Of a stretch of 64,000 nucleotides of DNA, positions 38,450 to 51,402 are shown one piece after another. The position numbers and the translations under genes are program-made. The stretch spans positions 58,723,016 to 58,787,015 of the forward strand of contig NC_092374.1 in the NCBI RefSeq assembly GCF_030028105.1, given 5' to 3'. The notes under the pieces are model-generated. The model was not told where the DNA came from. It searched no databases and was given only the letters and a program-made list of their open reading frames with translations. Origin of the DNA: Mobula birostris (taxonomy: Eukaryota). Positions within the stretch are counted from its first letter, which is position 1. Every line of letters starts with the position of its first letter.

Positions 38450-38822
38450 AAAGTCAAACTGCTGGAGAAACTTGGCATCTGTGGAGACAAAGGGATAATC
38501 AACGTTTTAGGTTGAGACCTGCATCACAACTCGATCAATCATCTCATTGCCTCCACAGACACTGCCTGACCCACCAAGTTCCTCCAGCAGTTTGTATTTT
38601 TGCACCATATCCTCATACCTGCAGTCTCTTGCATGTCTTTTTTATTGTTCCACTATGAAATCTCTTCAAAGTATGCCCATTTTGAATAAGTTTTCCTTCA
38701 GTCCTGATGCAGGGTTGTAATTTAAACATCAACTATCCCTTTGCTTTAACATACTGTCTGACCCACTGAATCTCTGGCAGTTTGTTTTTTCCAGTGCCCA
38801 GCACCTGCAGTCTCTTGTGTCT
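38450..38822. mobile_element. Older PLE-derived short elements (fold-back pair plus a + strand copy)
   Basis: AAACTGCTGGAG.../...CTCCAGCAGTTT inverted arms. CAGTCCTGATGCAGGG hammerhead remnant at about 38699. Confidence 0.55.
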
Positions 38823-38844
38823 TCATAGTACTCTTGAAATTTGC

Positions 38845-39305
38845 TCACTTGTATTAAAATCATCAGACACAGGAGCAGAATTAGACCATTTGGCCTATCG
38901 AGTCTGCTCCGCCATTTCATCATGGCTGATTTGCCATCTTTCTCAACCAGGTTCTCCTGTCCTCTCCTGCCCTTACTAATCAAAAATGTATTAATGTCCA
39001 CTTTAAATATAGCCAATGACTTGGCCTCTATAGCCGTCTGAGGCAATGAATTCCACAGATTCACCACCCTCTGGCTGAAGAAAATCTTCCTCACTTCTGT
39101 TTTATAGAGATGGCCTTCTGAGGTTGTGCCCTCTAGTTCTAGACTACCCCTCTGCAGAAAACATCCTCTCCACATTTAATCAATGCAAGCCTTTCTAAAT
39201 TGGATAGGTTTTAATGAGATCTTCCCCCCCCATTCTTCTAAACTCCAGTAAGTACAGGCCCAGAGCCATCCAATACCCTTCATACATTAACCCTATCATT
39301 CCAAG
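38845..39305 (-). mobile_element. CR1 3' end
   Basis: FFSQRVVNLWNSLPQ motif and the CR1 3' UTR. Confidence 0.85.
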
Positions 39306-39868
39306 GGTAAGTACAGCAAGGCCTTGGTGCTTCCTTTCCAAGTTGATCTGTGTTCAGACGCAGAAATCAGCAGATGAGATTGAACTCATGGCCGACATTC
39401 TAGATTTGCTCGACCACTTCATTTATTATTTACAAAGGGCTTCTATTTAACAGTGCCTTCAATTTAGTAAAATACTTAAGAATTTTTTTGTGATAAGGGT
39501 TATTTAAAACAGCCGAGTCATATAAAGACCTAATAGGGCAGATGAATAAATGTTAGGTCTAAGAAGAGGGAATATTTTAAAGGAAGAAACAGGTGAAGAG
39601 TCTTGGGAAGTCAGTTACTGAGCTTGGCAGCCAATAGAGGAATTTTTAAATTCATGGATGCACAAGGCAGCAAAATTAGAGGAAGGGAGATCGATGGTGA
39701 TCAAAGGACCAGAGTAAATTACAGAAAAAAAGAGGGTGAGAAGAAGTTGGTGTACATGAATAATTGTTTTTGTTGTGATGCTTCGAACTTCTGCAACACC
39801 CAACATCCAAGACAGTAAGGGAGTTGCACCTTTTGTACATCAGCAGTTTTGGCGGTTATTGGAGGAGA

Positions 39869-40060
39869 AGGGCCAGCTGGTGGTGTAGACTTCAAGGCAG
39901 ATGGTCCTGAGTTCAAACCCAGCCAGGTCCAAACCTGGGTGGCAGTAGTATCTACGCAGAAGAAAGGCCTGGCAATCTACTTCCATATCTTGCCACGAAA
40001 ACCCTATGGTCCATGAAGTCATGAAGAGTCAGACTCAACTCAATGACTGAACAACAACAA
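39869..40060 (+). mobile_element. Second copy of the tRNA-RTE SINE, with 11-bp target-site duplication
   Basis: Homologous to 32157-32362. ATTGGAGGAGA at 39858-39868 and 40061-40071. Confidence 0.85.
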
Positions 40061-40479
40061 ATTGGAGGAGATGAGACTGTGTGATCGGAAGTATAGGGGA
40101 GGGATGATTGTGAGGGAGAGGAAATGGGTCAGTGGAAGTGCATTGGGCCCTGTGCTAATTGTAGGGTTGTTGTGAAATCATGAGTGGAATTGAACTTGGG
40201 GCATCAGAGATGGTGGTGGGGGGAGAGTTTGGTAATGCAGAGTTGGGAGGGGTGGGAGTAGCTCAAAAGATAGAAGTTGATTGTAGGTGTTGGTGGAGTC
40301 TCAGTTCATTACAGCATTTGGAAGACTTAGTTGTCCTGGGAGTTAACAATAATGGATTCTCCCAGAACAGTTTGGTTTACAATGCCTTTCAGGAAGGATT
40401 TCAGAGGGTGTACATCAGATACACAAACTTAGTGCGTATTCTGCAGTGCTGCAAAACAACCTAGAAATGGTTATTAAAT

Positions 40480-40708
40480 GAGCTACTGGCGGAACTCAGC
40501 AGATCAGGCAGCATCGGAAGAGGAAAATAGACAGTAGATGTTTCAGGTTGAGACCCTTCATTTCCACGGAAAAGAATAGAGGGTCCAAGTGAAGGTTTTT
40601 GACCCAAAATGTTGACTATTTCTCTCTACAGATGTTGCTTGACCTGCTGAGTTCCTACAGCAGTTCATTTTTTGTTCTGAATTCCATCATCTTTCTTGGG
40701 TCTCTGTA
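40480..40708. mobile_element. PLE-derived fold-back short element
   Basis: GGAACTCAGCAGATCAGGCAGCATC ... GATGTTGCTTGACCTGCTGAGTTCC inverted arms with decayed hammerhead remnants between them. Confidence 0.7.
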
Positions 40709-40854
40709 GATAATCAATACAGCATTTCACTCCATGGTTAGTATATTTTCAATTGAGAAACAGCACAAATTGAACTAATTTCTTGGGATTTCTGTTTTCC
40801 GAGTGAATTGTCTTTGTTGTGCAATTAATTAATTGTTTTGTGCCTTATTCTACC

Positions 40855-41548
40855 TGTAAGGGGGTTTCGATTTTTATGTTACTGCGGAGGCTAATTAAAA
40901 TGGCGTTTTTGTTATGTTAATCTGGGGAATGCGGCTTTGTTGTGCTTTAACGCTGAGAAAGTTTGCGCTAGCAGCTTATTGTGGTTTAGTGTGTGATAAG
41001 AGAGTGCTATTAACCAATTGGGATAGTTGTTATGGTTTTGGTGTATTTGAAGATACTGTATGCGCGGGGTTTTGGGGCAGAAGGCGGGAGAGCGAGACAG
41101 AGGATGGACCAGGTGCTGTGAGTCCGCTAACGGGGTCGGACCCCGAGCGGGACGTTCGGCGAGGAGACGGAGACGGACTCGTGTGGAGCGTCTGGTCGAC
41201 CACCGTTGTTGGTCCCAGGCGGCCGGTCGAGGTGGTCCGAGGGGTCACAGGGTGAAGAAGAAGGTCCTTGAGCTCCAACGGTTTTTGTGCACGAAGAGAG
41301 TGAACTTTGATAAGTGTGGCGCCTTTTATTTTCCTTTTATATTTTATTCTCTTTTATTTATATAGTTCTAGTAATATCTATAAACTGTAAATCATTTAAT
41401 TGCATCTGGTGTATTGTCTGTTATTTGGGCGGGGTGGGGTACCTCACACAGCATCCACACAAACGAATTACCCAGTTTGGCGGGGCCGAGGCTGTTTCCC
41501 TAGACGACAGCGAGCCGAGCGACCCTGAGGGTGGCCAGGGAGGCTACA
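40855..41548. mobile_element. Solo LTR (Gypsy-like), 694 bp
   Basis: TGTAAG...CTACA termini with exact 4-bp duplication TACC (40851-40854, 41549-41552). CpG-rich interior. Confidence 0.85.
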
Positions 41549-41749
41549 TACCCAACCTCCAACCCTTTGGCAATGTCAGTGATGTCAATAAATAATCTTT
41601 TTAACAACTAATAATGACGGGCACAATTAACATAGTGATATTTTCCATCAATAATGACCTTTTAGATTTTAATGCACCAAGGAAAATAACCTCGATTAAT
41701 TTACTGGTGTACTATTATCTTTAACCTCTCAATTTGGCAGTCTGAAGTA

Positions 41750-43250
41750 CCCACCTGCTTCAATAACATGGCTTCAATTATACCCATGCCTCAGAAGAAG
41801 AACGTAGTAACCTGTCTCAATGACTATCGTCCAGTAGCGCTTACATCTGCTGGAGTGAACAGCTTTGAGAGGTTGGTGATGAAACATATTAACTCCTGTC
41901 TGAGAAGCGACTTGGATCTGCTCTAATTTGCCTAGTGGCACAACAGGATAACAGCAGATACCATTTCATTTGCTCTTTACTCAACACTGGAACATCTGGA
42001 CAGCAAAGTTGTATGCACCAGGATACTCTTTTTTCAATTACAGCTCGACATTCAATACTGTCATCCCCTCAAAACTATTTAATAAGCTTCAAGACCTTGG
42101 CCTCAATACCTCATTGTGCAATTTGATCCTCAATTTCCTCACTTACAGACTCCAGTCAGTTCAGATTGGCAACAACATCTCAACACTCTCCATCAGCACA
42201 GATACACAACAAGGCTGTGCTCTACTTACTTCATATTTATGATTATGAAGCTAAGCACAGCTCCAGTACCATATTTAAGTTTGCTGATGACACCACTGTT
42301 ATTGGCTAAATCAAAAGTAGTGATGAATCAGCATATAGGAGGGAGATTGAAAATGTGGTGGAATGGCGCCACAACAATCTCAATATCAACAAGCCCAAAG
42401 AGCTGATTATTGGCTTCAGGAGGAGGAAACTGGAGGACCATGTGCCGGCCTCATCAGGGAAATAGAGGTGAAGACGGTTAGCAATGTTAAGTTCTTCGGT
42501 GTTACCATATTGGAGGATATATCCTGGGTCCAGCATGTAGGTGCATTTACGAAGAAAGCATGGCAACACATGGCAAAATTCTTTAGAAGTTTACATAGAT
42601 TCAATGTAACGTCTAAATCTTAGACAAACTTCTGTAGATGTGTGGTGGAGAGTATATTGACTGGTTGTATCATAGCCTGATATGGAAACACCAATGTCCT
42701 TGAGCAGAACATCTCACAAAATGTAGTGTATATGGCTCAATCCATCACAGGTAAAGCCTTCCCCATCATTGAGCACACCCATACCGAGCACTGTCACAGG
42801 AAAGCAGCATCCGTCATCAGGGTCCTCTACCACCAGGTCATGCTCTCTTCTCGCTGTTGCCATCAGGAAGGAGGTAGAAGAGCTTCAGGGCCCACAACAC
42901 CATGTTCAGGAACAGTTATTACCCCTCAACTATCAGGCTCTTGAACCAGTAGGGATAACTTAACTTGCCTCCATCACTGAACTGTTTCCACAACCTATGG
43001 ACTCACTTCAAGAACTTTTCATCTCAATATTTATTGTTTATTTTTTATTATTATTATTTATTTTTTCTTTTCTACTGTATTTGCACAGTTTGTTGTCTTT
43101 TGTAAGTTGATTGTTTGTCCTGTTTGCCCTGCCTGTTAATTGAATTATGTTTCTTGGATTTACTGAGTATGCGTAAATACGAATTTCAGGATTGTATACG
43201 GTGACATATACGTACTTTGATAATAAATTTACTGTGAACTTCGAACTTTC
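41750..43250 (+). mobile_element. Rex1/Babar-type LINE, degenerate RT through 3' tail
   Basis: CLNDYRPVALTS, FNYSSTFNTVIPSKL, KFADDTTVIG, KFFGVTI motifs; AATAAA then (TGAACT)-type tail. Confidence 0.85.
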
Positions 43251-45989
43251 TGCATGTTACAACAAAAAAAACCTAATCTTTATATCTTTTCTTCTTTTCA
43301 GCCTGATTTCCCTGTACTAAACTAATGGGATTAAAGTCTGTCAGAAAGAAGCAGTAAAGCAAAAGGAATACATCGAATGCCATTCAGGAAGGCCACTGTT
43401 GCAACTACAGTATCGGTAACAACTTAGCATGAAGGGCTTCAGACTGCAGAGCAAATGAGAATGTATGCTGTCGCTATAGACTGACACCTATTTACCTGTT
43501 GGCTGCATTACCTAATGAAACACCCACTAGTTATACAGAGAGGAAGTTGCAATGAGTCACCTGTATGTCATTTCAGTTTCGATGCTAAACAGGAAGTTGA
43601 CTATTTCTGCTTATTTGAGGGGCCCCACAACAGAACAGATATAGTGAAGTTAAAACAGAATCCTGGGGAGAGCTGCTTCTGGTGTTCGGTGAACAGTAAG
43701 TTTCTTTTTTGTGATTGTGAGCAATGTGTACTTGTGTGCGTGTGTGAGAGAGAAAGTTTCTGGGTAGATGGGTGTGTTCAGTTTCCAAATACAATAGGGC
43801 TGCAAAAATAAAAAGTAATTGATTCCATTTCTTAATTATGTTTTCCAAATGTAGTTTGCAAGGAAAAAATACTTATGTCAATTAATGGAAAATTAAATTC
43901 CTGGTTCAAACGTTCATTGGCTGTGAGGATGTAAAGCAGATCTGTTTCAGTGCAGCTTACTTGTGGACCTTGCATTCATTAACTAAAACATAATTTGAGC
44001 ACTTTAAAACACGTAACCTGAGTCCATATTGAATGCATCAAGTGGTCTAACTACAAATCAAATGATCTCAAGTTGCATTTGGGCACACCCATCAAGATCA
44101 GCATTTTTGAAGCAAAATTTAAATGAGGTATTTGTTGCTTTCCTTGTTGCCATGTAATGTAATTTAATTCCAATAACTGGGAAGTGATTATAGCCATGTG
44201 ACTTCTTTGCTGTTTTTTGCTGTACTTTATGGCTGTTTTTTTTACCTGCCAGCCTTCCTTTGTTACAAGCTGATAAGGAGCAGGCAAATAGCTAAAGGAA
44301 AGGTTCAATATTATGCAGTGGAATGATTTTTAAAATATGCTATTGCAGATTCAGTGATCTGAATGTACCAGGGTAGTTAAAACATTGTTTATTTTGGATG
44401 GCAGCAGATACTTCATAATTTCACAATTTTTATGAGTTGTACTCTTGAGACCACTGTGTATTTTGATTATATGTACACTTTACTGCAATTCCTGCGCTGC
44501 CAGTGGAATAATGGAGTTCAAAGGTTGGATTTCTATTGCCTGCACTGAAACTGTGATTATGGTTGCTTCAACTTTAGAGAGAATTTTTTTTCTATTTCTT
44601 TCTTGATTCCCATACCATGTGCTATTGGAAATAGAGCAAGATCACGCAATTTCTTCAAAGCCATCTTCCAGTGCTCTCTTGGAACCAACTCAGCATATCT
44701 GCAATGGCATGTCCACTAATTGCTTTGTTTTTATATGGTAAAATACCTAAACGTATATCATGGCTACATTGTGAGGAAAAAATTGATTCTCAGCTACAGT
44801 AGATGTATCCCCTGCTCAATCTTTCACATCCACAGATTTCACTGCTCCATCATTGGCAGCTGAGCCTTCATCTGCCTGCACCTTAATACTGCAATTCCTG
44901 CTCTAAACCTTTAACTCTTTCCTCACTGTCAGGATTTTTTAAAGCCTCCCTTTTTGGCCCAGTCATTTTTCCAGATACTGTACCTCCTTATGTTGTTCAG
45001 TGTTAAATTCTGAATGATTGCATTCCCCCAAAGTACCTGGGAATGCTTTACAACATTAAAGATGCAAGTTGTTGTATTTGATAACAAATATTAAACCAAA
45101 TTTTAAAAAGGCAGCATCATTCATAGCCATTGTCTACACTTTACGGATACCCTGAATGTGAACAAATTCCCTAATTATTATTAAATTCAATATTTTTATA
45201 TATGTACATATTTTCATTCCTATTAACAGCAGAACAAGTTTCCCCTCTTTCCACTTTTAGTAATTTTTCATTCTAAACAGTCTTATGTGCTTTCTATGTT
45301 CTATAGACATTGTGCAAGTAGGAGGGATTAGTGTTTGGATGTTTTTGATTTGCTTTGTAGCTGGTTCAGCACAACATTGTGGGCCGAATGGCCTGTTCCT
45401 GTGCTGTACTGATCTATGTTCTGTGCATTTGATGCTACCACTACAGTCCCGTAGAAGTATGGTTACCACATCAAGAGTTTATTGAGTATTTTCTGACTAA
45501 TGGACAAAATCAACATGAATGTCTATAAAAATGACCTCTTCATTACCTAGGGATGACCTATACCAGCACCGTGTATTGTGTTCCTTATTTGTTATATGTA
45601 GTCTATGTTTAATTGTTCTGAATTTTGTCCATGACTTCAACTCCACCAGCAATGTTTGCGCAAGAAGGTGTGCTGAAATGCTGATTGTACATTAACAGAC
45701 AATGAGTACTCCATTATCCTCCATGGAAGCCCATCCTGTGGTACAATGCATAATAAGGAAGAACCTCAGCTTTGTATTCCTGCATGTAAATCTAAGATTG
45801 GATACTCTTGGATTAAACCTCCTGTTTAATTTCTTGTTTTAGTTCCACAGTTTCTGGCTCGATTTCTTCCTCATCTTGTTTTTCTTCAAACTTGACATCA
45901 GACATTGGTGCCATGTAGTTCCATTAAAGTCAAAAACAAAGATTTTTTAAAATTTCTGGTTTTGCACTACTTATTTAAACAATTGAATA

Positions 45990-46106
45990 TGCATGAAAGT
46001 CAGCAGATGTTGGAAATCTAAAGTAACACACATAAAATGCTGGAGGAACTCAGCAGGTCAGCCAGCATCTATGGAAATGAATAAACAGTCAATGTTTCTG
46101 GCTGAT
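45990..46106 (-). mobile_element. PLE-derived short element, truncated within the hammerhead
   Basis: AAAATGCTGGAGGAACTCAGCAGGTCAG...ACAGTCAATGTTTC. Confidence 0.65.
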
Positions 46107-46107
46107 A

Positions 46108-46545
46108 CTAGTCTTGGATGCTACAGAGGCTATTTTCCATTATGTAACTGACTAATTTTACAACTCTCTGCAGCTTACTATGATCCTGTGCTGTAGCCCC
46201 CCCCTCCCCACATACCAGACAGTGATGCAGCCTGTCAGGGTGCTCTACACAGTACATCTGTAGAAATTTTCGAGTGCCAAATCTCCTCAAACTCCTAATG
46301 AAATATAGCTGCTGTCTTGTCTTCTTTATAGCTGCATAGATATGTTGGAACCAGGTTAGATCCTCAGAGACATTGACACCCAGGAACTTGAAATTGCTCA
46401 CTTCTCCACTTCAGGTCCCTCTTTGAGGATTGGTGTGTGTTCCTTCATCTTGTCCTCTCTGAAGTCCACAATCAGCTCTTTGGTCTTACTAACATTGAGT
46501 GCAAGGTTGTTACTGTGACACTACTCAACTAGCTGGTATATCTCT
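46108..46545 (-). mobile_element. Rex1/Babar-type LINE fragment
   Basis: SNFKFLGVNVSEDLTWFQHI...QQLYFIRSLRRFG. Confidence 0.8.
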
Positions 46546-46724
46546 CTCTATTTTTCCAGTTCTCCTACAAAGAAGGTTAATATTGTAGGGAAAATAGCTG
46601 GGATATTGCAGATTCAGTCACAGTCTGTTCAGAGTCAGCTACTCTAAGTTGGATGGCTGTAGGTGTGTTATACTGCCAGAATGAGGGAAGAGAGAAACAC
46701 CCATTCAATCAGTGTACCAGTGGA

Positions 46725-47450
46725 AGGCTTGCATTTCTGTACTACTTTTAACAATGTAAGCCAATGATGTACCTCAGAAGTGTAGTCACTGTCATAGTGT
46801 AGGAAGCACAGTAGCCAATTTGCACACAACTATGACGCACACACAGCAAGACAATGGCCAGACACTCAGTTATTTTGTAGTGTTGACTAAGATAAATAGT
46901 TGACCATGACATCAGAGAGACTCAGCTGTCCTTGGAAACACTGACATACTTTATGAGGGAGTGGAGCCTTGGTTTGGCATCTGGGTTGAAAGGCATTTCC
47001 AACAGTGTAGCAATCCTTCAGCACGATTGGGGCAGGAACTCTCAGCCACATGCCTCAAGCAGCACTGAGCTAGGTTCCACGCTCTCTTAAGAACCTACTT
47101 AATTCATTTGCATTAAAGGGATTCACTGTAGAAGTTTCACTCATAAAATAACATCAATTGTCCTATGTGGAAATGAAAACTCAACAGCTCGTGCACCAGT
47201 AGGGGGCAGCCATGTTAGCTACCCAGGATCAGAACTGTCTTTTCAGATAGATGCAAAAGATTCCGCATCATTATGTTAAAGCACACCAGGTGAGTTCAGT
47301 GTTTATCCTTCTGCAAACACTACCAGCACAGATTATCTACTCATTATCAAATTGCTGTCTTTGGGAGATTACTATGTGAAAACTGGTTGCTGTATTTCAT
47401 ACAAAACAATGACTATACTTCAAAAACACTTTGTAAAATGCCAGGGTTGT
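46725..47450. mobile_element. DeuSINE-like fragments (minus strand about 46725-47100, plus strand about 47230-47450)
   Basis: AAGTGTAGTCACTGTCATAGTGTAGGAAGCACAGTAGCCAATTTGCACAC resembles the reverse complement of the Deu domain. Confidence 0.55.
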
Positions 47451-48489
47451 TCTTTGCTGGTCCCTGACTTCTCAGGAATTTCCTCCCATCCTCTTCATAT
47501 TCTACAAGTTCTTTGTCTCTTGTGTGTTTAGCAAGTTTCCATTTCAACATGCACTGTACAGAGAATATTGCAATTTTATTTACCTTTTCACAGCACAAAA
47601 TAATTTCCATTTTTAATTACTAACTTGACATTTAATTTATCCTTACTTATGCACCTGGACTATAGTAAATTGCTGATGATGTTGTCTGAGACCTGTTGTA
47701 GCAAATGCTCAGCATGGTGGATTCAAAATCATATGGAACCTTTATTTGGGGGAGTTGGATACTAACTAGAAGGAAATACAAGGCTAAGAGGAAATGCTAT
47801 TGTCCAGCTAAGTAGAGTGCTTTCCTTAAAAATAAAAGTGCAAGTTTGACGAACTGAATGACTTTCATGCATTATTGTACTCTCTTTATTATTGTGTTCA
47901 GGTAATCTATTGAGTGGTCTTATAAATTTGAGTTACAAGTCCTCATTATACTGGTGCTAAAATCCGCAAGTTCTCAATATTAAAACCTGATGTGTTTTTT
48001 TGAATTCCTTCATGGTTGCACTCCCTCTCTATCTTCATGATGACTTCCACAGCTATAAACTTTCAAGGTTCCTTTGTTTATCTGGTTCTAGTCTCTTAAT
48101 CCTCTTGAATTTAATTATTAATCCATTGGCAGCCATGTCTTCACTTAGCAAGGCTCTATTGTCTGGAACTCCCTTCCTAAATTTCTCTTCTTTAAGATTC
48201 GGTAAAACCCTACTTTATTGAACAAGCTTGTAGTCACCTACCCTAATACTTTCTTACATATGTAGCTCATTGTTATATTTGTTTTGTAACATTGCAGAAA
48301 TGACTTGGGAAAGATTGCTATGTTCAATAAGTGCATACATATAGCACCTTTAAGTTATTTTTACACATGTAAATACCACAGCAAAGTAACCAAGCAATGT
48401 AATCTCTGTATAATAACTCAATGGGTAGTTGGCCAAAAATGTGACAAGTCTAAATAACCATCGTAAACAAGTTGCAGCAATACCTATTG

Positions 48490-49521
48490 CAACACACACA
48501 ACATGCTGGAGGAACTCAACAGGTCATGTAGCATCTATGGAAATGAATAAACAGTCAATGTTTTGGGCTGAGACCCTTCTTCAGGACTGAGGAAAAAAAG
48601 GGGGAAGATGACTGATTAAAAAGGTGGGGTGAGGGGAAGCAGGCTAGCTGGAAGGTGAGAGGTGAAGACAGGTGGGTGGGAAAGGTAATGGGCAGAAATC
48701 TGATAGAGAGGAGAGTGGACCACAGGAGGAAGGGAAGGAGCAGGGGATCCAGGGGGAAGTGATGGGCAGATAAGAAGGCCAGAGTGGGGAAAAGTAGAAG
48801 AGGGGAGGGAGAGGTAAAACATTTTATTACCGGGAGGTGAAATCAATATTCATGCCATGATGTTGGAGGGTATCCATAAGGAATATAAAATGCAGCTCCT
48901 CCACCCTGCGGGTGGACTCATCTTGGCAAAAGAGGAGGCCAAGAACCAGCATGTCAGAACAGGAATGGGAATCAGAATTAAAATATTTGGCCACCGGGAA
49001 GATCCGTTTTGGCAGTTGGAACCGAAGAGCTCAATGCAGCAGTTCTCCAATTTACGATGGGTCTCACCAGTGCAGAAGGAGGCTGCATCAGGAGAACCGA
49101 ACACAACAGATGACCCCAGCAGGTTTGCAGGTGAAGTGTTGCTCACCTGGAAGGACTGCCTGGGATCCTGGGTGGAGATGTATGGACCGGTGTAGCATTT
49201 AGGCCACTCGCAGGGATAAGTGCTGGGAGGGAGATTAGTGGGGAGGGACAAATGGACAAGGGAATTGCAGAGGGTGGGGGGGGTGAAGGTAAAGATATGT
49301 TTAGTGGTAGGATCCCTTTGGAGTTGGCGGAAGTTGTGGAGGCCGATGTGTTGGATGCGGAGGTTGATGGGGTGGTAGGTGAGGACAAGAAGAACTCTTA
49401 ACACTATTAAGGCAGTGGGAAGACAGAGTGAGTGTGGATATTCAGGAAATGGAGGAGATGCGGGTGAAGGCAGCATCAGTAGTGGAGTGAGGGAAACCCT
49501 GTTCTTTGAAGAAGCGGGCAG
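48490..49521 (-). mobile_element. 5'-truncated Penelope-like element (Neptune-like): RT C-terminal/linker, degenerate GIY-YIG endonuclease, 3' terminal region with decayed hammerhead at 48552-48589
   Basis: LVLTYHP..LRIQHI..HNFRQLQRDPTTKHIF, Cys-rich linker TYPCEWPKCYT, and HFTCKPAGVICCVRFS*CSLL/CTGET (GIY-YIG). Duplication TACCTATTG at 48481-48489 and 49522-49530. Confidence 0.8.
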
Positions 49522-49696
49522 TACCTATTGGTATTTCAACTATTTTTGATATAATAAAATAAATTTCACGTCACATGTCGGTGATAATAAACCTGATTCT
49601 GATTCTGAAGTTTAAGAGTTGCACTTAACAGCATTCTAAGCATTTCACAATTAAGGTCACCGCATTTTTGGAAGGATGTGGAAGCCTTCCAAAAAT

Positions 49697-50978
49697 GGAA
49701 GTGGAGCTGCTCCAGCCTATGGTCAGGCCACACTTAGATCCCCTCCAGTTCGCCTACCAGCCCCGACTAGGAGTTGAGGATGCCATCATCTACCTGCTGA
49801 ACCGTGTCTATGCCCACCTGGACAAGCCAGCGAGCACTGTGAGGGTCATGTTCTTTGACTTCTCCAGTGCGTTCAACACCATCCGTCCTGCTCTGCTGGG
49901 GGAGAAGCTGACAGCGATGCAGGTGGATGCTTTCCTGGTGTCATGGATTTTTGATTACCTGACTGGCAGACCACAGTACGTGTACTTGCAACACTGTGTG
50001 TCCAACAGAGTGATCAGCAGCACTGGGGCTCCACAGGGGACTGTCTTGTCTCCCTTTCTCTTCACCATTTACACCTCAGACTTCAACTACTGCACAGAGT
50101 CTTGTCATCTTCAGAAGTTTTCGGATGACTCTGCCATAGTTGGATGCATCAGCAAGGGAGATGAGGCTGAGTACAGGGCTACGGTAGGAAAGTTTGTCAC
50201 ATGGTGTGAGCAGAATTATCTGCAGCTTAATATGAAAAAGACTAAGGAGCTGGTGGTAGACCTGAGGAGAGCTAAGGTACCAGTGACCCCTGTTTCCATC
50301 CAGGGGGTCAGTGTGGACATGGTGGAGGATTACAAATACCTGGGGATACGAATTGACAATAAATTGAACTGGTCAAAGAACACTGAAGCCGTCTACAAGA
50401 AGGGTCAGAGCTGTCTCTATTTCCTGAGGAGACTGAGGTCCTTTAACATCTGCTGGATGATGCTGAGGATGTTCTACGAGTCTGTGGTGGCCAGTGCTAT
50501 CATGTTTGCTGTTATGTGCTGGGGCAGCAGGCTGAGGGTAGCAGACACCAACAGAATCAACAAGCTCATTCGTAAGGCCGGTGATGTGGGGATGGAACTG
50601 GACGCTCTGACGGTGGTACCTGAAAAGAGGATGCTGTCTAAGTTGCATGCCATCTTGGTCAATGTCTCCCATCCACTACATAATGTACTGGGTGGGCACA
50701 GGAGTACATTCAGCCAAAGACTCATTCCACCGAGATGCAGCACAGAGCGTCATAGGAAGTCATTCCTGCCTGCGGCCATCAAACTTTACAACTCCTCCCT
50801 TGGAGGGTCAGACACCCTGAACCAATAGGCTGGTCCTGGACTTATTTCATAATTTACTGGCATAATTTACATATTACTATTTAACTATTTATGGTTCTAT
50901 TACTATTTATTATTTATGGAGCAACTGTAACGTAAACCAATTTCCCCTGGGATTAATAAAGTATGACTATGTCTATGA
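49697..50978 (+). mobile_element. Young 5'-truncated Rex1/Babar LINE with uninterrupted RT ORF to the stop at 50828
   Basis: LDPLQFAYQP, FFDFSSAFNTI, GAPQGTVLSPFLF, KFSDD, YKYLG motifs; AATAAA then (TATGAC)-type tail. Confidence 0.92.
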
Positions 50979-51402
50979 CCTTAGAGAGGAAGCAGTGGAG
51001 ATATACCAGGATGCTACCTGGATTAGACAAATATCTTATGAGGAAAGGTTGAGCAAGCAAAAGAGGTTGAGATGCGACTTGATAGAGGTGTATAAGATGA
51101 TAAGAGACATGGAGCGAAGAGCCAGCACCTGTTTCCCAGTGTAGCAATAGCTAATATAAGAGGACGTACTTTTAAGGTGATTGGAGGAACGTTTAGGGGG
51201 GAATGTCAGAGGTAGTATTGCACCACTGTGGATGGTTGTAGAGACAGATATATTAAGGACATTTAAGAAACTCTTAGATAGATACATGGATAAAAGAAAA
51301 TGAAGGGATATGTTGGAGAAAAGGGTTAGATTAATCTTGGAGTAAGAAGGATGGCACAATATCATGGCCAAACCGTCTGTACTGAGCTGTACTGTTCTGT
51401 TC
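50979..51402 (+). mobile_element. CR1 3' end
   Basis: TRMLPGL, DLIEVYKMI motifs; (CTGTT)n tail. Confidence 0.75.

Noticed and set aside
40960-41548. CpG island marking an unannotated gene
   Set aside because: The CpG-rich stretch lies entirely inside the solo LTR.
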